Of a stretch of 64,000 bases of DNA, positions 42,861 to 52,858 are shown in pieces; the first letter of the stretch is position 1, and each line of letters opens with the position of its first letter. This stretch comes from an uncultured Gemmatimonadales bacterium (GTDB lineage: Bacteria > Gemmatimonadota > Gemmatimonadetes > Longimicrobiales > Gaopeijiaceae). Below the pieces are notes generated by a model. That model did not search any database and was not told where the DNA came from. It saw nothing but the letters and a program-made list of their open reading frames with translations. The stretch is from positions 320,001-384,000 of the forward strand of contig CAWGKG010000020.1 in NCBI GenBank assembly GCA_963823035.1, given 5' to 3'. Both the position numbers and the translations under genes were made by a program.

Positions 42861-44072
42861 ATGAGCGGATACCGCTTCCGTGCCCACAACACCGACGGCA
42901 AGGCCTACCGTGGCGTCATCCAGGCGAACTCGATCCTGGAAGCAGAGCGGGCCCTCGTCAAGCAGAAGCTGATCCCGGATCACATGCGTGCGGAGCCGCT
43001 GGACCACAGCCTCCGCCTCCGACGCGGGCCATCACCGCGGGCCCTGGTCCAGTTCGCCCGACAGTTCTCGACTCTGATCGAGGCCGCCGTTCCGCTGGTC
43101 CTGAGCCTGGAGATCCTCCAGGGGCTGACGAGCGACCGCCCCCTGAGGTCGGCGATTGCCGCGACTGCCAACGACCTCCAGGCCGGATCGACGCTCGCGG
43201 ACGCACTGCGGAGGCATCCCAGGATCTTCAGCGGCATCTTCATCTCGATCGTGGAGGCGGGGGAAGAGGGCGGGACTCTGGACGTGAGCCTGGGCCGCCT
43301 CGCGGACTACATGGAGCGCTCGCAATCCATCCGCGACCGGGTTCGCGGTGCCATGATCTACCCGGCCATCATCGCGCTGGTGGCGGTGGGGGCCGTGGTC
43401 GCCATGCTCACCCTGGTCGTCCCCACCTTCGAGGGGATGTTCGCGGCGAACGGCATGGAGCTGCCCTTCCCCACCCTCGTCCTCGTGGAGGCGTCACGAT
43501 TCGTCGCCGCCCAGTGGCCGTTCCTCGTCGCCGGCCTCCTCTTCGTAGGCCTCGTTGGAAAGGCGCTCTACGACACTGGACCGGGGCGGCGCCTGGCCCA
43601 CCGGGTGGTTCTGTGGGTCCCGGTGCTGGGCCCAATTCTGCGGATGTCGTCCGTCGCGCGGATGTCGCGCACGATCGGCTCGCTGCTGGAATCGGGGGTG
43701 ACCATCCTCGACGCGTTGACGGCGGCGGCCCGCACCGCCGGCAACACGGTCATCGAGGGGGCGGTCACCCGGACCCGCGACGCCGTAGCGATGGGCTTCG
43801 GCATCTCGGGGCCGCTCGGGGATGAGCGCGTCCTGCCGCCCCTCATGGCCCGCATGGTGAACGTGGGCGAGCAGACCGGCAAGCTCGGCCAGATGTTCGA
43901 GAAGGTCGCTGACTTCTACGAGGCCGAGCTGGACGCCCAGGTGGAAGGGCTCCTCAAGGCGCTCGAGCCGGCGCTGGTCGTGCTCGTGGGCCTGCTGCTC
44001 GGCGGGATGGTCGTGGCGATGTACCTGCCGATCTTCGACGCGATCGGAGCGGTGGACACGGTCGGCCTGTAA
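42861..44072 (+). CDS. pilC: Type IV pilus / T2SS inner-membrane platform protein (PilC/GspF)
   Basis: FARQFSTLIEAAVPL, AGEEGGTLD, AMIYP, VGEQTGKLGQMFEKVADFYE, LEP..VVAMYLPIF. Confidence 0.92.
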   Translation: MSGYRFRAHNTDGKAYRGVIQANSILEAERALVKQKLIPDHMRAEPLDHSLRLRRGPSPRALVQFARQFSTLIEAAVPLVLSLEILQGLTSDRPLRSAIAATANDLQAGSTLADALRRHPRIFSGIFISIVEAGEEGGTLDVSLGRLADYMERSQSIRDRVRGAMIYPAIIALVAVGAVVAMLTLVVPTFEGMFAANGMELPFPTLVLVEASRFVAAQWPFLVAGLLFVGLVGKALYDTGPGRRLAHRVVLWVPVLGPILRMSSVARMSRTIGSLLESGVTILDALTAAARTAGNTVIEGAVTRTRDAVAMGFGISGPLGDERVLPPLMARMVNVGEQTGKLGQMFEKVADFYEAELDAQVEGLLKALEPALVVLVGLLLGGMVVAMYLPIFDAIGAVDTVGL

Positions 44073-44139
44073 AGAGCGCAGTCGGACACCACGTCCCGGG
44101 TGCGGTTTTGCTCGGCGTCTCGTAATAGCGACCCGCCGG

Positions 44140-44235
44140 TTGCTCGACCAGACGCCGGACTTCAACCCCACCGACGCCGATCCCGCCCCTGCCTTCCAGT
44201 TCGACCCCTAGCTACCCGGCGACTTCGACGACTGA
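44140..44235 (+). pseudogene. Probable C-terminal remnant of an IS91/ISCR-type transposase
   Basis: Translates LLDQTPDFNPTDADPAPAFQFDP*LPGDFDD*; resembles (from memory, not searched) the acidic FDP..EFDQS tail of IS91-like transposases; internal TAG. Confidence 0.45.
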
Positions 44236-44294
44236 GAACCGGCGGAACCGGCTCCCCCCCGCCCCCCATTACAGGTCTCGCCTCTCGCCGCTAT

Positions 44295-44783
44295 TCACCC
44301 ATCGCCTCGACCCCCACGAACAGCCCCTCTGACCATCCGGTCGGCCTCGAGGTCGAGCGCCCACGCCACGTTCTCGGCGGAAGCCGGGAAGATCTCGAAA
44401 TAGTTCGTCCGATCGTACCAGGTGGTGCCGTTCGGCTGCGCGCCCTTCTCGGTGAACTCCTGCGTGATGTCGGGATGCGTGGGCGTGCCCTTGAAGACCA
44501 TGTGCTCCAGGAGGTGCGCCATCCCCGTCTCCCCGTAGCCCTCGTTCCGCGAGCCGACGAAGTAGGTGATGTTCACGGTCACCTGGGGCTTGGAGGCGTC
44601 GGGGAAGAGGAGGACGCGGAGCCCGTTGTCGAGCCGGTACTCCGTGATTCCCTCCACGCTCGTGACGGGCTCGAGCTGCGTGACCGTCTGCGCGTCGGCC
44701 GGCGTCGTCTCCATGGGCGCGACCACGGCGACGAGGGCGAGCAGGCCCATCCTCCCGAGGGTAGGTGCGGGTCGGCGGGTCAT
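44295..44783 (-). pseudogene. Truncated duplicate of the M16 peptidase 5' end
   Basis: Same protein sequence as the gene at 39142 up to ..EADRMV, then 11 unrelated residues and a stop. Confidence 0.92.
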
Positions 44784-44905
44784 GGTACCTCCTTGGCGTG
44801 CGTTCCCGCCGGGGCGGGTGGAAGTGTTCTCAGACTACACGCAGCGCGCGCAGTCGGTTCAGGGCGGCGGCGAGCTCGTGGCGGCGAAACGCCGAGAGGT
44901 CTCCG
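44332..44905 (+). repeat. 574-bp direct repeat, right copy
   Basis: Matches 38691-39264 at offset 5641 with one mismatch. Confidence 0.97.
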
Positions 44906-46539
44906 GGCAGGCGGTCGTCGAGCACGTCGAGCCCGCCTGCGGCCACCTTCTCTTCGATCATGTCCAGTGCCTCGGGGATGCCGTTGGGCCTACCGTCGAG
45001 CTCGTGTGCCAGCAGGGCGAGCGCCCTCCCGATCGCGCGGATCTGGCCCCGGCATACCACCTGCTCGACCGCGCCGAGGTCCAGCGTCTCACGGCCGAAG
45101 AGGAGCGTGCGCAGGTCGGGCACCTTCACGTAGGCGGGGCGTCGGCCGCGGCGCGGGTCGAGGGAGGCGGGGTCGAGGACGCGCGCCGCCGGACGGAGGA
45201 TCGGTGAGCCCGTCTCGCGCTCGCGTCCCGTGGGATGCTCGTCCGCCACGATGCGGGCGCGCTCGGTCACGTCGTGCGGCTCGTAGCGGCGCATGGCCAC
45301 GACGTTGTCGGCGACCTCCAGGTAGTCGCCGCTCCCGCCCAGCACGAGCACCGCGCTCACGCCCAGCTCCCGATGCAGCTCGCGTACGCGATCCACGAAC
45401 GGGGTGATGGGCTCGCCCTCCTTCGGCACCAGCGCCTGCATGCGCCGGTCGCGGATCATGAAGTTCGTGGCCGACGTGTCCTCGTCGACGAGCAGCACAC
45501 GCGCTCCCGACTCGAGCGCCTCCACGATCGTGGCGGCCTGGCTGGTGGAGCCGGACGCGTTCGGCGTGGTGAAGGCGTGCGTGTCCTGACCCAGGGGCAG
45601 GCCGTCGATGAACCCCGAGATGTCCACGCCGGTCACGGCGCGCCCGTCCTCGGCGCGGACCTTCACGGTGTCCGCGTCGCTCACGACCCGCTCGCGTCCG
45701 TCTCCGGGGCGGTGGTTGTAGACGCCCGTCTCGAGGGCGCGCAGCAGCGTGCTCTTGCCGTGGAAGCCGCCGCCGACCACGAGCGTGACGCCTTCCGGGA
45801 CCCCCATGCCGGTGAGCGGCCCGGCGTTCGGGGCCTCCAGCGTGACGCTCAGGGACGGCGGAGCGCGGAAGGGCACCACCGCCTCGATCTCGAGGGGGCG
45901 GTCGTCGACGCCGCTCCGCCTGGGGAGCACGGCGCCGTCCGCGACGAAGGCGATCAGTCCCCGGTCGCGGAGCTGTGCACGGAGCCGATCCGCGTCCTCG
46001 TTCGCCTCGGCGTGCAGGAGCAGCTCCGCCTCCTCGTGAGCGGAGGCGAGCAGCGAGCCCCGCACCAGCGAGGGCACCGCTTCGGTCAGCAGGGTCCCCG
46101 CTTGCGCGCCGAGGATCCGTCGGCCACGTGCCGGCAGCCCGACCCCGAAGCGCGCTTCCACCGCGCCGTTGCCGTCGACCCGGACGGCGGTCTGCAGAAG
46201 CACCTCCTGCCCCGGCGCCTCCACCTCGATCTCGCCGCTCCGCCCGCTGCCACGCACGCGGGGGGCGTCGTGGGCGGCGGCCGCGAGCGCGCGCGCGAGG
46301 AAGGCCGAGGTGCCGAGCGCGCGGCTCGGGTTGGCGAAGCTCCCGTGGGGAAGGGCCGCCGTGCCGGGTGGGACCAGCACGCGGATGCGCGAGGGCGCGG
46401 CGAAGGGATCGCCCTGCACGTGGTCCACCACCAGGGTGAAGCCGTCGAACGCCCACGCCCCCGCCGCCGCCGTATAGGCCTTGTACCCTCGCCCTTCGAG
46501 GCCGCCCAGCAGCGCCCCCAGCTCCCCCGCGTCCCTCAG
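44830..46539 (-). CDS. Predicted ABC-class ATPase (ABC_ATPase family, soluble)
   Basis: DHVQGDPFAAPS, GGGFHGKSTLL (Walker A), RAEDGR, NASGSTSQAA, LLVDEDTSATNFMIRD; start codon uncertain. Confidence 0.9.
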   Translation of the reverse strand: MRDAGELGALLGGLEGRGYKAYTAAAGAWAFDGFTLVVDHVQGDPFAAPSRIRVLVPPGTAALPHGSFANPSRALGTSAFLARALAAAAHDAPRVRGSGRSGEIEVEAPGQEVLLQTAVRVDGNGAVEARFGVGLPARGRRILGAQAGTLLTEAVPSLVRGSLLASAHEEAELLLHAEANEDADRLRAQLRDRGLIAFVADGAVLPRRSGVDDRPLEIEAVVPFRAPPSLSVTLEAPNAGPLTGMGVPEGVTLVVGGGFHGKSTLLRALETGVYNHRPGDGRERVVSDADTVKVRAEDGRAVTGVDISGFIDGLPLGQDTHAFTTPNASGSTSQAATIVEALESGARVLLVDEDTSATNFMIRDRRMQALVPKEGEPITPFVDRVRELHRELGVSAVLVLGGSGDYLEVADNVVAMRRYEPHDVTERARIVADEHPTGRERETGSPILRPAARVLDPASLDPRRGRRPAYVKVPDLRTLLFGRETLDLGAVEQVVCRGQIRAIGRALALLAHELDGRPNGIPEALDMIEEKVAAGGLDVLDDRLPGDLSAFRRHELAAALNRLRALRVV

Positions 46540-46649
46540 TGCTCCCTCCTCTGCACACGCGTCTCCGGACCCTATCTTTTTCCTCCGACACCCTCGAAGT
46601 TCCCCTCCCACGGAGCCTTCGGGCCCCCGGCCCCGGAGCCTGACAGCGC

Positions 46650-47462
46650 ATGGCCCAACCTTCCGAGAGCGCGGGCGCCGCCGACGAGCCGCTGCTCGTC
46701 ACGCGCGCCGACGCGATCCTCCTGCTCACGCTCCACCGACCGGATCGCCTGAACGCGGTCAGCCTGCCCATGTACGAGCGGCTGGCGGCCGAGCTGCGGG
46801 GCGCGTCCGACGACCCTTCCGTGCGCTGCGTGGTGATCACGGGAGCGGGGCGGGCGTTCTGTGTCGGAGCCGATCTCAAGTCGCACGGAGAGGGCCCGCC
46901 CACCGGCGAGGAGCGGCGGCGCTACGTCCGGATCGCGCAACGCGTGAACCGGCGCATCCAACTCGGACCCAAGCCCGTGGTGGCGGCCGTGAACGGGCAC
47001 GCGATCGGCGCGGGGCTGGAGATGGCGCTCTCGGCCGACTTCATGATCGTGGCCGAGGACGCCAAGCTGCGCTTTCCGGAGATCTCGCTCGGCACCTTCG
47101 TGGGCGGCGGCGTGGTCTATACGCTGGCCGAGCGCGTCGGCACGCTGAAGGCGCGGGAGCTCGTCTATCTGGGCGACTTCTTCTCGGGCGCCGACGCGGC
47201 GCGGCTGGGCGTGGCCAACCGCGCGGTCCCCGCCGGCGAGGTGGTCGACGCCGCGATGGCGCTCGCGCGCCGGCTGGCCGGACAGGCGCCGCGCTCGCTC
47301 GCGTACGCCAAGCGGCTGATCGGGCCGGCGGGCACGATGTCGCGCGCCGAGGCGCTCCGACGCGAGGCCCGTGCCCTCGAGAAGGTCTTCGGGACGCGCG
47401 ACTGGAAGGAGGGGGTGGAAGCGTTCCACGAGAAGCGCCCGCCCCGCTTCACCGGTGAGTGA
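46650..47462 (+). CDS. Enoyl-CoA hydratase/isomerase
   Basis: RPDRLNA, AFCVGADL, AAVNGHAIGAGLEMALSAD, FPEISLG, EGVEAFHEKRPPRF. Confidence 0.93.
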   Translation: MAQPSESAGAADEPLLVTRADAILLLTLHRPDRLNAVSLPMYERLAAELRGASDDPSVRCVVITGAGRAFCVGADLKSHGEGPPTGEERRRYVRIAQRVNRRIQLGPKPVVAAVNGHAIGAGLEMALSADFMIVAEDAKLRFPEISLGTFVGGGVVYTLAERVGTLKARELVYLGDFFSGADAARLGVANRAVPAGEVVDAAMALARRLAGQAPRSLAYAKRLIGPAGTMSRAEALRREARALEKVFGTRDWKEGVEAFHEKRPPRFTGE

Positions 47463-49675
47463 GCCGCTGCGCACGGGCCACCCGCTCGACCCGATCCTCC
47501 TCCCGCGCTCCGTCGTGGTCGTCGGCGCCTCCGCGGACCCGAAGAAGCGCGGCTTCCAGGTCCTGCGCGCGCTGCAGGCGTCCGGCTACGCGGGCAGGGT
47601 GTACCCGGTGAATCCGAAGGGCGGCGAGATCCTGGGGCTGACGGTGCACGCGAGCGTGGACGCGATCCCGGAGGTCCCGGACCTCGCGCTGATCTGCACC
47701 CCCGCGCCCACCGTTCCCGAGGCGGTGGAGGCGTGCGGCCGTCGGGGCGTCCGGGGCGTGGTGGTGCTGGCCGTGGGCTTCCGGGAATCCGGCGACGAGG
47801 GCGCCGCCCTCGAGGCCGCGCTCCTGCAGGCCGCGCGCCGCCACGGGGTCCGCGTGGTCGGGCCCAACACCTCGGGCATCCTCAACCTCCCGATCGGCCT
47901 CAACCTGATCGGGGCGCGCGACGTGCGCCCCGGCACGCTCTCCCTCCTGGTCCAGTCGGGGAACATGGCCCTCGCGCTCATGAACGAGGTCACCGCGCGC
48001 TCCGAGGAGGGGATCGCCGTCGCGGTGGGGGTCGGCAACGAGCTCGATCTCCGCTTCCACGAGTATCTGGACTTCCTGGGGCGGCACGACGGCACCCGTG
48101 CGATCGTGTGCTACGTCGAGGGCTTCCGCGACGCTCGTGCCTTTCTGCAGGTCGCCACCCGCGTCTCCCGGGCGAAGCCCGTCCTGGTGATCAAGGGCGC
48201 CCGCTCGCCCCACGGTCGCGCCGCGGCGCGCTCGCACACGGGGGCCGTGTCGGGCGAATACGACCGCCTGCGCGCCGGGCTCCGTCAGGCCGGCGTGGTC
48301 GAGGTCACGCGCACGGACGAGCTCCTCCACCTGGCCGAGACGCTCGCCACGCAGCCGGCCATGACGCCCGAGCGGGGCGTCGCGATCCTCTCGGACGGGG
48401 GTGGGCAGGGCACGCTGGCCGCCGACACCCTCGCCGACCTGGACGTGCCGTTGGCCCGACTGTCGGAGGCCACGCAGGGCGCTCTTCGCCGGCTCCTCGG
48501 GAGCGCGGCGGCGGTGGCCAACCCGGTGGATCTCGCGGGCGCCGCGGACGCGGATCCCGAAGCGTTCGGGCGCGCCCTCGAGGTGCTGGCGGCGGACGAC
48601 GGGGTGGGAGGCGTGCTCCTGGTCGGCCTCTTCGGCGGCTACGGGATCCGCTTCGCGGAGGAGCTCGCGGAAGCGGAGGAGCGCGCGGCAACCGCCATGG
48701 CGGATACCATGCGCCAAGCCGGTCGCGCGCTCGTCGTGCACTCGATGTACGCGTCGCACCGCAGCGCACCGCTGAGGACGCTCGGCCGCCTGAGGGTCCC
48801 GGTGGTGGAGTCGCTCGAGGTGGCGTGCCGCTGCATCGCCGAGACGTGGAGACGTGGGAAGGTGCTCGCCCGTCCGGCGTGGCGGCCCGACCGCGACCCG
48901 GAAGCCGTCGCCCCCCGTGCGGGGCGCAGGCTCGAAGGGGATGGAGGCGCAGACGGTGGTGGCGACCGCCCGCGCCGAGGACCGGGACACGCTCACGGAG
49001 CCGGAGGCACGGGCGCTCCTCCGTGACGCGGGGTTGTCGTTCCCACCGGCGGCGCTGTGTACGACGCCCGCGGAGGCCGCCGAGGCGGTGCGGGGGATGG
49101 ACACCGCCGTGGCGATGAAGGTGGTCTCCGCGGACATGCCGCATAAGACGGAAGCCGGTGGCGTCGCGCTGGGGATCGGCACGCCCGCCGAGGCGGCGGA
49201 TGCCTTCGCGGCGCTCGAGGAGCGCGCGGCCCGCTTCCTGGAGAACCGCGGGCTCCCGCCCGGCATCGAGGGGGTGCTCGTCGCGCCGATGCTGGCTTCG
49301 CCGCTCGCGGAGCTCCTGGTCGGGGCGCGCCGCGACGACGAAGTGGGGCCCGTCCTGACCGTGGGCGCCGGCGGCATCTGGGTCGAGGTGTTGCGCGACG
49401 TCGTCCACCGGGTGCTTCCCGTCACGGAGGACGACATCCGCGCGATGCTCGGCGAGCTGCGCACCTTCGCGCTGCTGGCCGGGGCGCGGGGTCGGCCGCA
49501 GGCGGACCTGGACGCGGTGGTGCGGGCGGCCGCGGCGGTGGGGCGCTGCCTGCTCGGCAACGAAGACGTCGCGGAGGTGGAGGTCAACCCGCTCTTCGTG
49601 TACGCGAGCGGCGCGGAGGCGGTGGACGCACGCGTCTTCCTGCGTCCGGTGGAGCGCGCCGCGACGAGCGCTTAG
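47455..49675 (+). CDS. Acyl-CoA synthetase (NDP-forming) / acetate-CoA ligase, fused alpha-beta; indel near 48930
   Basis: VVVGAS..YPVNP, VVGPNTSG, QSG, AARSHTGA (phospho-His), NPVDL; ATP-grasp HKTEAGGV..EVEVNPL. Confidence 0.9.
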
Positions 49676-49729
49676 AATGGCGGGCTGGACAGGTCCCGAG
49701 GCTCACGAGGGAACGCAGGAGACTTTCGC

Positions 49730-51323
49730 ATGATCCGACGCACGGTCGCACTCGCGGCGCTGGCCCTCCTCGCCCTCGGTCCGCCGCCGGCGGCGGCGCA
49801 GGAGCACACGGTCCTCATCAGGGGTGGCCGCGTGCTGGACGGCTCCGGCAATCCCTGGATCTTCGCGGACGTCCTCCTGCGCGGCGACCGGATCGAGGCG
49901 GTGGGGAAGCTCGGGGACGTGCGCGCGGACGAGGTGGTCGACGCGACCGGGCTGTACGTGGCACCCGGCTTCATCGACACCCACACGCACGCGGGCGGCG
50001 GCCTCGCCACGCCCGGGCTGAGCCACGCCCGTCCGCTCCTGGTGCAGGGCCTCACCACGATCTTCGCCAACCCCGACGGTGGCGGCCCGGTGGATCTCGC
50101 CGCGCAGCGACGCGACCTGCTCGACGGACGGGCTGGGCGTGAACGTCGCCCAGTTCATCTCGCAGGGGTCGGTGCGCGGCGCCGTGATGGGGGCCGACGA
50201 TCGCGAGCCCACGCCCGCCGAGATGGAGCGGATGAAGCAGCTCGTGCGCGCCGGGATGGAGGAGGGCGCGTGGGGGATGTCGAGCGGGACGTTCTACGTG
50301 CCGGGCTTCTACTCGAAGCCCGCGGAGATCGAGACCCTCGCGAAGATCGTCGCGGAGTACGGGGGCGCCTATCAGAGCCACATCCGCGACGAGTCGAGCT
50401 ACACCGTCGGCCTGATGGCGGCGGTGGACGAGGTGATCCAGGTCGGACGCGCGGCCGGCATCCCCGCGGTGCTGACGCACGTGAAGGCGCTGGGTCCCGA
50501 CGTGTGGGGGTACGGACAGGCGATCGTGCGCAGGGTGGAGCGGGCCCGCGAGGAGGGCGTCCAGGTCTTCGCGGACCAGTACCCCTACACGGCTTCGGCG
50601 ACCGGGCTGGACGCGGCGCTGCTGCCGCGGTGGTCGCAGGCGGGCGGGCGCGACTCCCTCCTGGCGCGCATGGACCGCCCGGCGGACATGGCGCGCATCC
50701 ACGACGCCATGGTGGAGAACCTCGCGCGCCGTGGGGGCGCGGACCGGATCCAGTTCCGGCGCTTCCGCCCCGACCCGTCGATCGAGGGGAAGCTGCTGAG
50801 CGACGTGGCGAAGGCGCGGGGGGAGGATCCCCTGAAGACCGCGGTGGACCTGATCCGAGCGGGCAGCGTGAGCATCGTCTCCTACAACATGGACGACGGC
50901 GACGTGGAGACGCTCATGGCGCAGCCGTGGACGATGACGAGCTCGGACGGCGACCTGGTGCCGTGGCAGGAGGGGGTGCCGCACCCGCGGTCCTACGGCG
51001 CGTTCCCGCGCAAGATCCGCCTCTACGTCGTCGAGAAGGGCACGGTCACGCTCGAGAGCGCCGTGCGCAGCATGACGTCCCTCCCGGCGGAGGTCTACGG
51101 CATGCCGGATCGGGGGGTGCTACGTGCCGGGGCGGCCGCCGACGTGGTGGTCTTCGACCTGGCCCGCGTGCGCGACACGGCGGAATACACCGACCCGCAC
51201 CAGCTGGCGGAGGGCATGGTGTGGGTCTTCGTCAACGGACAGGCGGCGATCCGCGACGGGGCGTTCGAGGACGTCCGCGCCGGTCGCGTGCTGCGGAAGG
51301 GGATGGCGCCGGTCGGACGCTGA
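49730..51323 (+). CDS. Secreted N-acyl-D-amino-acid deacylase (amidohydrolase); indel near 50125
   Basis: Signal peptide; APGFIDTHTH; SHIRDE; DQYPYTAS; SSDG..PHPRSYGAFPR; ADVVVFD. Confidence 0.9.
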
Positions 51324-51654
51324 GCCCGGTCGGGCGGCGTACGCCGCCCGCGAACTGGAATCCGAAGTCCGGCGGGAAGCGATCCTCCCCCCAGAAGAAG
51401 CCGGACCGGTGCGCGATGCGCCGTCCCGGCACCCAATCCGCGCCGTCCCGCGCGATGCCTTCCCACCGGCACTGCGCGCACCATCGCATGAGCAACCCGG
51501 GAACGGCCCAGTTCACCCAGGAAGGGAGGCGCACCGGCTCGGTGTCGTGGCCGCACTCCGGGCAGCGGACGCGGGTGGGCGCACGCCTCAAGGCGCTGGC
51601 GAACGTCACGGCGAACAGCGTCACGAGGACGCCGACGATCAGGGCGAGGGTCAT
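51232..51654 (-). CDS. Small membrane-anchored zinc-ribbon protein
   Basis: N-terminal TM then CPECG..WCAQCRWEG; tail overlaps the convergent deacylase gene, so the true end may lie nearer 51325. Confidence 0.6.
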   Translation of the reverse strand: MTLALIVGVLVTLFAVTFASALRRAPTRVRCPECGHDTEPVRLPSWVNWAVPGLLMRWCAQCRWEGIARDGADWVPGRRIAHRSGFFWGEDRFPPDFGFQFAGGVRRPTGLSVRPAPSPSAARDRRGRPRTPRRGSPPVR

Positions 51655-51816
51655 CGGTCGATGGAAGCGGAGGGTCGAAACGGCGAGCGATGGCGGGCTC
51701 CATCGTAAGGCGGGACGGTCGCGCGAATCAAGAAAGGGCTTCCCGTCCGGACCGATTGGTCTTCGGAGCCCGACCGTGTACACTACCGGCAGCGTGCACC
51801 CCGACCGGAGAGAAGA

Positions 51817-52798
51817 TTGGGCGCGATCCGCGATTTCATGGACAAGCACTACCTCCATTTCAACGCCCGCGAGACCGTGTGGGCGGCGCGTGCGTACGAG
51901 GATCACCTCGCGCGCGGCGGCAAGATGATGGTGACGCTGGCCGGCGCGATGTCCACCGGAGAGCTCGGCGTGATCCTGGCGCGCATGATCCGCGCGGGTA
52001 AGGTGCACGCCATCTCCTGCACGGGCGCGAACCTCGAGGAGGACGTCTTCAACCTCCTGGCCAACAAGGAGTACGAGATCATCCCGTCGTGGCGCGAGCT
52101 GTCGGTCGCGGACGAGGTGGCCCTGTACGAGCGCGGGATGAACCGGGTCACGGACACGTGCATCCCCGAGACGATCATGCGGCACCTCGAGAAGCGGCTG
52201 GTGAAGCAGTGGTCGGACGCGGCGGCGGCGGGCGAGCGCTACACGCCGGCCGAGTACCTCTTCCGGGTGCTCGGCGACCCGACGCTCGAGCAGCACTACC
52301 AGATCGACCCGGCGAACTCGTGGATGCTCGCCGCGAAGGAGATGGGCGTTCCCGTGTGGGCACCGGGGTGGGAGGACTCCACGACCGGCAACATCTTCTC
52401 GGCCAACGTGATGATGGGGAACGTCGCGCACCACACGTGCGTGAAGACCGGCACCGAGCAGTTCCAGGAGCTCATCGAGTGGTACATCGCCCACCACGGA
52501 GCCGAGGAGGGACGGCCGTCCGTGGGCTTCTTCCAGATCGGCGGCGGCATCGCCGGCGACTTCGCGATCTGTGCCGTGCCGTGCATGATCCAGGACCTGC
52601 AGGATGGAGGTCCCCTTCTGGGGCTACTTCGCGCAGATCACGGACGCGCAGCCCTCCTACGGCGGCTACTCGGGCGCGCCGGCCAACGAGAAGATCACCT
52701 GGGGCAAGCTCGAGGGCGCGGATACGCCGCGCTTCAACATCAACTCCGACGCGATGATCGTCGCGCCGCTCATCTTCGCGTACGTGCTGGGCGACTGA
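51817..52798 (+). CDS. Deoxyhypusine synthase-like protein; indel near 52600
   Basis: HFNARE, TLAGAMSTGELG, CTGANLEED, QIGGGIAGDF, YGGYSGAPANEKITWGK. Confidence 0.92.
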
Positions 52799-52858
52799 GG
52801 CGGGAGCGCCTGAAGCAACCCGCGTGAACTCGGCTGCGGCTGGCCGGTATACGTCTGC

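Larger units (their letters stand above)
39265..44331. mobile_element. 5,067-bp accessory cassette between the direct repeats (no integrase)
   Basis: Bounded by the repeat copies; genes run opposite to the flanking host genes; visibly more A/T-ending codons in places (e.g. 40080-40330). Confidence 0.75.

Noticed and set aside
38691..44905. Prophage or integrative element with attL/attR sites
   Set aside because: No integrase, tRNA target, phage or conjugation genes; the repeat is ordinary host coding sequence.
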